NCBI GenBank assembly: GCA_934096735.1
Contig: CAKOMS010000001.1
Span: 29,948-93,947, forward strand
Direction of reading: 5' to 3'
DNA from: an uncultured Bacilli bacterium
Lineage (GTDB): Bacteria > Bacillota_I > Bacilli_A > RF39 > UBA660
DNA: 64,000 nt
The position numbers and the translations under genes are program-made. Numbering within the stretch: position 1 is the stretch's first letter; each line of letters starts with the position of its first letter. Below are positions 1 to 8,739 of the stretch, in pieces. The notes under the pieces are model-generated. The model saw only the letters and a program-made list of their open reading frames with translations. It was not told the origin of the DNA and did no database searches.

Positions 1-862
1 TAATGTAATTAATTTTGAATCTATTGATAATAGTAAAATAAAAATATATACAGAAAATAATGAATATAATTTAAATTGTTATGATCCAGTTGATTATCCA
101 ATTATAAATTTAGATGAAAGTAAAGAACCTATTACTATGAAAGGTAAAGTATTTAAGCAAATTATTAATGAAACTTCTTATGCTGTATCTACTCAAGAAG
201 TTAGACCTCTTTTAACTGGTATTAATTTAAAAATTAATGGAGATATGTTAGAGTGTATTTCAACTGATTCTTATAGACTTGCTAAGAAAAATGTTAAATT
301 AAGTGGATTTGTTAATAATCAAGTTAATATTGTAATTCCTGGAAGAAGTATTAATGAACTTGAAAAGATACTTGGTGATGATGATGATGATTTAATATTA
401 CATATATTTAATAATAAAATATTATTTAAGTATAAAAATTTAGAATTTCAAACTAATTTATTAAGTGGAACATATCCAGATACAAATCATTTTATTCCAA
501 ATGAATTTGCATACATTATTAATTTAGATTTAAGGAGTTTTAATGATGCAGTTGATAGAGCTAGTTTACTTGCGCAAAGTAAAGATAAAAATATAGTTAG
601 GGTTTTAATAGATGATAAAAATATGATTATATCATCAAGCGCTTCTGAGATTGGTAAAACTGAAGAAAAATTAAATATAGAATGTAGTAACAAAGAAAAA
701 TTAGAAATTGCATTTTCTTCAAGATATATGTTAGAAGCTTTAAAAGTTATTAAAGATGAAAATATACTTTTACTTATAAATAGTGATGACAAACCTATAC
801 TTATTAAATCAGTGAAGGATGATTCATTGGTAGAACTTATTTTACCAGTAAAAACTTATTAA
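1..862 (+). CDS. dnaN: DNA polymerase III beta sliding clamp, 3' portion (N-terminus lies upstream of the window; open frame from nt 2)
   Basis: Frame is open from position 2 with no stop; the translation ...IDNSKIKIYTENNEY...KGKVFKQIINETSYAVSTQEVRPLLTGINLKINGDMLECISTDSYRLAKK... is typical of DnaN domains II-III; dnaN-recF-gyrB-gyrA synteny. Confidence 0.9.
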   Translation, partial: NVINFESIDNSKIKIYTENNEYNLNCYDPVDYPIINLDESKEPITMKGKVFKQIINETSYAVSTQEVRPLLTGINLKINGDMLECISTDSYRLAKKNVKLSGFVNNQVNIVIPGRSINELEKILGDDDDDLILHIFNNKILFKYKNLEFQTNLLSGTYPDTNHFIPNEFAYIINLDLRSFNDAVDRASLLAQSKDKNIVRVLIDDKNMIISSSASEIGKTEEKLNIECSNKEKLEIAFSSRYMLEALKVIKDENILLLINSDDKPILIKSVKDDSLVELILPVKTY

Positions 863-961
863 TTTATAAAGAAATCTTAAAATTTAAAAGGTTTCTTTTT
901 TTTCGACAATTTTTTTATATTTAATGTGTTATAGTAGAAAATAATTTTTTAGGGGGAGTAT

Positions 962-1411
962 ATGAATTATTTTATTAATAGTAGTACTGTAGCGCTTTTA
1001 AAAGATGGAAAGAAAACAATAATATACGATGTTGAAAAGTCAGTAGTTATTAACAAAAGTATTAGAAGTATAATTGAATTTAATTGTAATTATTATGGAC
1101 ACTCGGTAAATGGAACTAAGAAAGCAATTAAGAAATTATTGAATATCAAATACAGAGTTCCAATAGTAGTATCTATAAGTAATAATTATACATTAATACC
1201 GGTAGGAAATATAAGAAATGATATGTGTTTGTTTTTAGTTACAAGTAAAATTATTGATTATGAAAAATGTAATGATTATCTTGAAATAAATTGTGTAAAT
1301 AATAATAAATTTAAAGTAAATTTTTCGATAAATAGTTTTGAAAAATTATTAATTAATTCGATTAGAATAAATAATTTATTAATTAGTAGAAAAAATAATA
1401 ATTATGTTTAA
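962..1411 (+). CDS. ComK-family protein (competence transcription factor-like)
   Basis: 149 aa; alignable by eye to B. subtilis ComK: NSSTVALL~NGATIAVL, IIEFNCNYYGHSVNGTKKA~IVDRSCRFFGSSYAGRKAG, KYRVPIVVSISNNYTLIPV~KPPIMVDPSNQIFLFPT, INSFEKLLINSIRI~ISYNSFENQVYRTAWL; good RBS (agggggag) 5 nt upstream. Confidence 0.55.
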   Translation: MNYFINSSTVALLKDGKKTIIYDVEKSVVINKSIRSIIEFNCNYYGHSVNGTKKAIKKLLNIKYRVPIVVSISNNYTLIPVGNIRNDMCLFLVTSKIIDYEKCNDYLEINCVNNNKFKVNFSINSFEKLLINSIRINNLLISRKNNNYV

Positions 1412-1500
1412 AATATAGTTATTTTGTGATATAATTAACTTAGGTATAGGAGTACTTGAAATACCATTATATTAAATATACATCAAAAGAAAGGTTAATT

Positions 1501-2589
1501 ATGAAAATTAAGTCATTAAAAATTAATAATTTTAGAAATTATTCTAAATGTGAATTATCGTTTAATGATAAACTTAATATTATTTGTGGAAATAATGGTG
1601 TAGGTAAAACTAATTTAGTTGAGGCTATATATGCACTTTCCATAACAAAATCTTTTAGAACTAATAATGATAGAAATTTAATAAAGAATGGTGAATTAAG
1701 TACAAAAATAGAGGGAGTAGTAGAAAATAATACCGAAAATGATTATCAAGTAATTATTAATAAAGAAGGTAAAAAAGTTAAAATAAATAATAATATTATT
1801 TCGAAAATAAGTGATTATATTACTGATATATTTGTAGTTTTGTTGCAACCCGAAGAACAAATTATTTTTAATGATTCTCCTAGTGAAAGAAGAAAATTAT
1901 TAAATATTGAGATAAGTCAATTAAAAAAAGAATATTTGGATTATTTAAATCTTTATAATAAAGTGTTAAAACAAAGAAATTTTTATTTAAGAGAATTATA
2001 TTTAAATGGTAATGCTAGTAGAGATTTTTTAAATATTTTAACTAAAAAATTAATTGATTATGGACTTAAAATTTATAATTTTAGAAATGAATTTATTAAT
2101 AATGTAAATAAGTATATTGGTGATTATTATAGTACTATCTTTAGTGATGGGAATCTTTTAATTAAATATGTTTCAGTATATGAAAATAAAAGTGAAGAAG
2201 ATTTATATTTAATGTATGAGAAAAATTATAATAAAGAGATTAACAATGGTAAAACATTACATGGTATTCATCATGATGACTTAATATTTTATCTAGATGG
2301 TAAAAATATTGCTGAATGGGGAAGTAATGGGCAAAAGAAAAATGCTATTTTTTCTTTTAAATTAGCAGAAATTGATGTTATTTATAATTTAATTAAAACT
2401 AAACCGATTTTTATTTTAGATGATTTGTTTAGTGCGTTAGATAATGAAAAAATAAGAAAAATATTAAAAATACTTGATAAAGATATGCAAACATTTATTA
2501 CTACTACTGATGTTAAAAAGATTAATAAGAAATATCTTGTTAATGCAAAAATAATAAATGTTATAGATGGTAAAATAAGGGAGGTATAA
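1501..2589 (+). CDS. recF: DNA replication and repair protein RecF
   Basis: ATG at 1501 preceded by RBS gaaagg (ORF track starts at 1456); Walker A GNNGVGKTN; SMC-like recF signature; position after dnaN. Confidence 0.92.
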   Translation: MKIKSLKINNFRNYSKCELSFNDKLNIICGNNGVGKTNLVEAIYALSITKSFRTNNDRNLIKNGELSTKIEGVVENNTENDYQVIINKEGKKVKINNNIISKISDYITDIFVVLLQPEEQIIFNDSPSERRKLLNIEISQLKKEYLDYLNLYNKVLKQRNFYLRELYLNGNASRDFLNILTKKLIDYGLKIYNFRNEFINNVNKYIGDYYSTIFSDGNLLIKYVSVYENKSEEDLYLMYEKNYNKEINNGKTLHGIHHDDLIFYLDGKNIAEWGSNGQKKNAIFSFKLAEIDVIYNLIKTKPIFILDDLFSALDNEKIRKILKILDKDMQTFITTTDVKKINKKYLVNAKIINVIDGKIREV

Positions 2590-4521
<1,932 letters not shown>

Positions 4522-4534
4522 GGAGGTATGAATT

Positions 4535-6967
4535 ATGCATCATGAGAGAGATAGATTGCAAGAAAATGATATAGTAAATGAAATTGAAACTTCTTTTATT
4601 GAATATTCTATGAGTGTTATAGTATCACGTGCTTTACCAGATCTAAGAGATGGTTTAAAACCTGTTCATAGAAGAATATTATGGAGTATGTATGAGTCTG
4701 GTTATACGCCTGATAAGCCACATAAGAAGTCAGCTCGTATAGTTGGAGATGTTATGGGTAAATATCATCCACACGGCGATTCTAGTATATATGAAGCGAT
4801 GGTAAGAATGGCACAAGACTTTAACTATACTATTCCACTTATTGATGGACATGGTAATTTTGGTAATATAGCTGGTGCTCCAGCTGCTGCTATGAGATAT
4901 ACTGAATCTAGATTATCTAAGATATCATTGGAATTACTTAGAGATATTAACAAAGATACTGTTAATTTTGGACCTAATTTTGATGAATCTGAAAGAGAAC
5001 CTGAGATATTACCATCAAGATTTCCAAATATATTAGTAAATGGAACAATGGGAATTGCTGTTGGTATGGCAACAAATATTCCTCCACATAATTTAGGAGA
5101 AGTTATTGATGGTTGTGTAGCTTATATAGATAATCCAGAGATTGATACTTTAGGATTAATGCAATATATAAAAGGACCAGATTTTCCTACTGGAGGTACT
5201 ATTTTAGGAAATAGTGGTATTAAAAAAGCTTATGAAACTGGTCGAGGTAGTATTACTATAAGAAGTAAGGCTACCATTGAAGAAAAAGATGGAAGGCATT
5301 ATATCATTGTTAATGAGGTTCCTTATGGAGTTAATACCTCAGAACTTAAGACTAAGGTAGCTGAGCTTGTTCACAATAAAGTTATTGATGGAATAGCAGA
5401 TTATCACACTGATTTAAAAAATGGTGTAAAAATAACTATTACTTTAAAGAAAGATGCTAATCCACAAGTTGTTTTAAATAATTTGTATAAACACACTCAA
5501 TTTCAAACAAGTTATAGTATAATACTATTAATGATTGATAATAAAGTTCCTAGAACTTTAGGTTTGAAAGATATTATTTCTAAATACATTAATTATCAAG
5601 AAGAAGTAATTATCAGAAGAACGAAATTTGAACTTGATAAAGCACTTAAAAAGGTACATATTTTAGAAGGTTATAAGATAGCTTTAGATAATATTGATGA
5701 TTTTATAAAAATTATTAAAGAATCTGAAACAGATTTAATTGCAAAGCAACAATTAATTAATAAATATTCTTTAACTGAAATTCAAGCGGATAGTATCTTA
5801 GAATTAAAATTAAGAAGATTAACTGGTCTTGAAAGAAATAAAATTGAAGAAGAATTAAAGGATTTATTACAAAAAATTGAAGAATATAAGGCTATATTAG
5901 CATCTAGAGAAAGAATTTTAAGTATTATTAAAGAGGAATTACTTGAAATTAAAGCAAAATATGATGTAGATAGAAGAACTAATATAGATATGACAGCAAT
6001 AGAATATATTGAAGATGAGTCACTTATTCCTGAAGAGGATGCAATGGTAGTTCTAACAAATAAAGGATATATTAAGAGAACAACTAATGATACTTTTAAG
6101 GTACAAAATAGAGGTGGTGTTGGAGTTAAAGGTGTAACAACAAATGATGAAGATTTTGTTGAACATTTAATTAATTTATCAACTCATGACTATTTGATGT
6201 TCTTTACAAATAAAGGAAAAGTATATCGTTTAAAAGGTTATGAAGTTCCTGAGTTTAGTAGACATTCAAAGGGATTGCCAATAATTAATTTACTTCAAAT
6301 AGATAAAGATGAAAGAATTAATTCAATGGTTAAAGTTACTAAGGAAGAAAAGGCAAAATATTTATTATTTGCGACGAAGAAAGGTATTGTTAAGAAAACC
6401 TTAATACAAGAATTTGACAGTATTAGATCATCTGGAAAAATATGTATTAATCTTTCAGAAAATGATGAGCTTATTGATGTTAAGAAAACATATGGAGATA
6501 GTTTAGTTCTTCTTGGAAATACTAATGGAAGAATGGTTAAATTTAACGAAAATGAAATTAGACCAATGGGAAGAACTGCTACTGGTGTTAAAGGTATTAA
6601 TTTAGACGGTGGCAAATGTATTTGTTGCGAAGTTGTTTCTGAAGAATCAATGATATTACTTGTTACAGAAAAAGGTTATGGAAAAAGGACTAAAGTAAGT
6701 GAATTTAGACAAACAAAACGTGGTAGCAAAGGCGTTCTTGCTTTAAATATTACTAATAAAAATGGTTCTTTAGTTGCTTCTAAAATTGTTGAAGAAGATA
6801 AAAACGCTATTATAATGAGTAATTCTGGTATAACTATTAAATTACCAGTAGATCAAATTTCAATTTTAGGTAGAGTTACTCAAGGTTTAAGATTAATTAA
6901 CCTTAAAGATAATCAGATTGTGGCAACAGTAAGTATTGTTGAAAAAATTGAAAATATTGAAGAATAA
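4535..6967 (+). CDS. gyrA: DNA gyrase subunit A
   Basis: 810 aa; AAMRYTE active-site Tyr motif; C-terminal beta-pinwheel repeats. Confidence 0.97.
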   Translation: MHHERDRLQENDIVNEIETSFIEYSMSVIVSRALPDLRDGLKPVHRRILWSMYESGYTPDKPHKKSARIVGDVMGKYHPHGDSSIYEAMVRMAQDFNYTIPLIDGHGNFGNIAGAPAAAMRYTESRLSKISLELLRDINKDTVNFGPNFDESEREPEILPSRFPNILVNGTMGIAVGMATNIPPHNLGEVIDGCVAYIDNPEIDTLGLMQYIKGPDFPTGGTILGNSGIKKAYETGRGSITIRSKATIEEKDGRHYIIVNEVPYGVNTSELKTKVAELVHNKVIDGIADYHTDLKNGVKITITLKKDANPQVVLNNLYKHTQFQTSYSIILLMIDNKVPRTLGLKDIISKYINYQEEVIIRRTKFELDKALKKVHILEGYKIALDNIDDFIKIIKESETDLIAKQQLINKYSLTEIQADSILELKLRRLTGLERNKIEEELKDLLQKIEEYKAILASRERILSIIKEELLEIKAKYDVDRRTNIDMTAIEYIEDESLIPEEDAMVVLTNKGYIKRTTNDTFKVQNRGGVGVKGVTTNDEDFVEHLINLSTHDYLMFFTNKGKVYRLKGYEVPEFSRHSKGLPIINLLQIDKDERINSMVKVTKEEKAKYLLFATKKGIVKKTLIQEFDSIRSSGKICINLSENDELIDVKKTYGDSLVLLGNTNGRMVKFNENEIRPMGRTATGVKGINLDGGKCICCEVVSEESMILLVTEKGYGKRTKVSEFRQTKRGSKGVLALNITNKNGSLVASKIVEEDKNAIIMSNSGITIKLPVDQISILGRVTQGLRLINLKDNQIVATVSIVEKIENIEE

Positions 6968-6975
6968 TTTTAAAA

Positions 6976-7004
6976 AAATATTTCCCGGGAAATATTTTTT
7001 TTGT
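6976..7004 (+). terminator. Rho-independent terminator of gyrA (stem is the 22-bp palindrome AAATATTTCCCGGGAAATATTT followed by T8); doubles as NBS-like copy a
   Basis: Perfect palindrome immediately after the gyrA stop, followed by tttttttt. Confidence 0.75.
6980..6993. promoter_or_regulatory. Noc-binding-site consensus ATTTCCCGGGAAAT (NBS copy a)
   Basis: Exact 14-bp match to the B. subtilis NBS consensus; 1 of 4 CCCGGG palindromes in a 27% GC window. Confidence 0.55.
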
Positions 7005-7074
7005 GTAATATTGAGTTAAGCTATATATTTTTAATAATTAAAAAAAAATATATATAATTGTAATTGTTAGAATT

Positions 7075-7088
7075 ATTTCCCGGGAAAT
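7075..7088. promoter_or_regulatory. NBS consensus ATTTCCCGGGAAAT (copy b)
   Basis: Exact 14-bp palindrome; extended palindrome TATTTCCCGGGAAATA 7074-7089. Confidence 0.55.
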
Positions 7089-7146
7089 ATTTCCGGTACT
7101 CATAAGGTCCTTAATTTTTAGAATGTTCGTTTTTTGTTCGTGTAAT

Positions 7147-7160
7147 ATTTCCCGGGAAAT
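7147..7160. promoter_or_regulatory. NBS consensus ATTTCCCGGGAAAT (copy c)
   Basis: Exact 14-bp palindrome inside the 20-bp palindrome 7144-7163; flanked by the 8-bp inverted repeat tccggtac(7092-7099)/gtaccgga(7180-7187). Confidence 0.55.
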
Positions 7161-7263
7161 ATTGTCCGATAACTATAATGTACCGGATTAAAAACATAGT
7201 CGAGTTACTAATACATTTAGCTTGTAGTATATTTATCAATATGCTCTATTTTTTAAATTGTTG

Positions 7264-7281
7264 ATGTTTCACGTGAAACAT
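7264..7281. promoter_or_regulatory. parS centromere site (ParB/Spo0J binding), 18-bp palindrome ATGTTTCACGTGAAACAT, copy 1
   Basis: Core TGTTTCACGTGAAACA equals the consensus bacterial parS. Confidence 0.8.
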
Positions 7282-7456
7282 TATGTTGAAAACAATTAAT
7301 TTAGAATTTAATTATTCTACTGCTTTTGCTTTTCAGATTTTAATTGTTGGTTTTTTGTGAAGTTATTGTTATAGAATATACTATTTTTATAAAAAATAAT
7401 TTTTTATATATAATGGTTATTTATAATTTGATTAATTTTTTTTAATATTAGATTTT

Positions 7457-7474
7457 ATGTTTCACGTGAAACAT
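7457..7474. promoter_or_regulatory. parS site copy 2 (perfect)
   Basis: ATGTTTCACGTGAAACAT followed by TGTGTTGATAAC. Confidence 0.8.
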
Positions 7475-7681
7475 TGTGTTGATAACTTTTGAATTGATCT
7501 ATATAACAATTTATTTATATAATATTTTGTTCGTTAATATTTAGCTTATATTTTTGAAACAATATATTTATTATTATATAATATTAAATTAAAAATATAC
7601 ATCAAGTACTTTTTTTATTATTAAATTTACTTATATCATTAATTCAGGTTGATTATTTAGTTTTTTTATAAATTATTTTTA

Positions 7682-7699
7682 ATGTTTCACGTGAAACAT
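7682..7699. promoter_or_regulatory. parS site copy 3 (perfect)
   Basis: ATGTTTCACGTGAAACAT followed by ATGTTGAAAAC. Confidence 0.8.
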
Positions 7700-7795
7700 A
7701 TGTTGAAAACTATTTTATGAATAATAACAAAAATCATATTTTTATTATTATTGTATTTAATTTTAAATTTGTTTTTTATATTTTAATTTACTTCA

Positions 7796-7813
7796 ATGTT
7801 TCACGTGAAACAT
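7796..7813. promoter_or_regulatory. parS site copy 4 (perfect)
   Basis: ATGTTTCACGTGAAACAT followed by TGTTGATAAC. Confidence 0.8.
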
Positions 7814-7955
7814 TGTTGATAACTTTTGAATTGATTTTTAAATTTACTTATTTATTGTTATATATTGTTTTGTTTGTTAACATTTAGCTTTTCTTTTTTA
7901 GTTTTTTTATTTATAATGACCTATTATTATGCATTTTTTATTAAAAATAATTTTA

Positions 7956-7973
7956 ATGTTTCACGTGAAACAT
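7956..7973. promoter_or_regulatory. parS site copy 5 (perfect)
   Basis: ATGTTTCACGTGAAACAT followed by TGTGTTAATAAC. Confidence 0.8.
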
Positions 7974-8059
7974 TGTGTTAATAACTAATTTTTTAAAATT
8001 TTAAATTTTTCATTTCTAAATAAAGGTATTTGTCCGGTGTGTTATTTATTACCGGAAAT

Positions 8060-8073
8060 ATTTCCCGGGAAAT
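8060..8073. promoter_or_regulatory. NBS consensus ATTTCCCGGGAAAT (copy d)
   Basis: Exact 14-bp palindrome; flanked by the inverted repeat tgtccg(8031-8036)/cggaca(8098-8103). Confidence 0.55.
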
Positions 8074-8106
8074 AATTGTCCAGTGTTCTTTAAACAGCGG
8101 ACAGGT

Positions 8107-8124
8107 ATGTTTCACGTGTAACAT
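8107..8124. promoter_or_regulatory. parS site copy 6 (one mismatch: ATGTTTCACGTGtAACAT)
   Basis: Single A->T change breaks the dyad symmetry. Confidence 0.6.
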
Positions 8125-8146
8125 ATATAACTTATATTAAAAACGT

Positions 8147-8175
8147 TTGCTATAGTGTCAAAAATGTGATAATAT
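8147..8175 (+). promoter_or_regulatory. Sigma-A type promoter for the SRP RNA (-35 TTGCTA 8147-8152, 17-nt spacer, extended -10 TGaTAATAT 8167-8175)
   Basis: Hexamer match and spacing; transcript start predicted near 8182. Confidence 0.5.
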
Positions 8176-8181
8176 TTAGAT

Positions 8182-8262
8182 GCACAACAAATATATCGTA
8201 AACTGGTCAGATCAGGAATGAAGCAGCCACATCGGTCACTATTTGTGTGTGCTTTTTATTTT
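8182..8262 (+). ncRNA. ffs: Signal recognition particle RNA (small 4.5S-type SRP RNA, about 80 nt)
   Basis: cuGGUCAGAUCAGGAAUGAAGCAGCCac nearly identical to the conserved SRP RNA domain IV (E. coli GGUCAGGUCCGGAAGGAAGCAGCC) with a GGAA tetraloop; flanks can form a long imperfect hairpin (gcacaacaaatat.../...ctatttgtgtgtgc) ending in a T-run; tadA-scr-dnaX are also neighbours in B. subtilis. Confidence 0.6.
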
Positions 8263-8274
8263 ATGGAGAAATTT

Positions 8275-8688
8275 ATGAATAATTATTTTGAAAATGCTTA
8301 TAAAATGGCTGTTAAGGCCTTTAATCGACGCGAAATTCCAGTTGGGTGTGTTATCACTAAAAACGGTAAAATTATAGCTAAAAGCTTTAATAATAGACAA
8401 AAAAACTATAATATATTGGGTCATGCAGAAATTAATTGCATACTAAAAGCAGAAAAAAAGCTTAAAGATTGGCGTCTTGATGGGTGTTTCATGTATGTAA
8501 CTTTGGAACCATGCGATTTATGTGCAAAGATAATAAAAGAAGCTCGTATTGATCATGTTTTTTTCTTGATTGACAACAAAAAAAGTAAACATTTATTGCA
8601 AAACATAACACAAACAAACGATTGCAATGTAATTAAGAACAAATATTTGTGTGTTTTTAATGATTTTTTTAAAAATTTACGTCATTAA
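8275..8688 (+). CDS. tadA: tRNA-specific adenosine(34) deaminase TadA
   Basis: CMP/dCMP deaminase zinc motifs HAE...PCDLC; the ORF track start 8218 translates through the SRP RNA, so the true start is probably ATG 8275 (RBS ggag 8265-8268) or 8263. Confidence 0.8.
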   Translation: MNNYFENAYKMAVKAFNRREIPVGCVITKNGKIIAKSFNNRQKNYNILGHAEINCILKAEKKLKDWRLDGCFMYVTLEPCDLCAKIIKEARIDHVFFLIDNKKSKHLLQNITQTNDCNVIKNKYLCVFNDFFKNLRH

Positions 8689-8739
8689 TTATAATTTTTT
8701 AAATCTTTATGTTATAATATTTTGGGGAGATGATATGGC

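Larger units (their letters stand above)
7200..7900. repeat. Degenerate duplicated units forming the parS island (e.g. 7440-7560 ~ 7780-7900, about 338-bp period; recurring motif ATTTAGCTT at 7218, 7543, 7880)
   Basis: Side-by-side comparison of the parS flanks: ...gttgataacttttgaattgat... and ...catttagctt... recur with point differences. Confidence 0.6.

Noticed and set aside
487-792. Antisense ORFs inside conserved genes (487-792, 6295-6615, 8239-8424, 13997-14185, 17476-17679, 19327-19584, 36561-36779, 36805-37026, 37500-37700, 37693-37917, 39098-39319, 39466-39687, 42559-42831, 53914-54126, 56429-56725, 57397-57636, 59326-59580)
   Set aside because: All overlap highly conserved housekeeping genes on the opposite strand, lack RBS, and have low-complexity products typical of AT-rich antisense frames.
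7264-8124. Regularly recurring 18-bp repeat resembling a CRISPR array
   Set aside because: Repeats are perfect palindromes identical to parS. Spacers are irregular (114-225 bp), too long, and partly similar to each other. There are no cas genes or leader. Centromere-site array is the better explanation.
6970-8180. Possible degraded rRNA operon or tRNA cluster (Bacillus has rrnO after gyrA)
   Set aside because: No recognisable 16S/23S/5S conserved blocks or tRNA cloverleaf-compatible sequences; composition is about 20% GC except for the short palindromes.
8218-8274. N-terminal 19 codons of ORF 8218..8688 (MKQPHRSLFVCAFYFMEKF)
   Set aside because: This stretch is the SRP RNA domain IV sequence read in frame; tadA most likely begins at ATG 8275 (or 8263) after the RNA's T-run.
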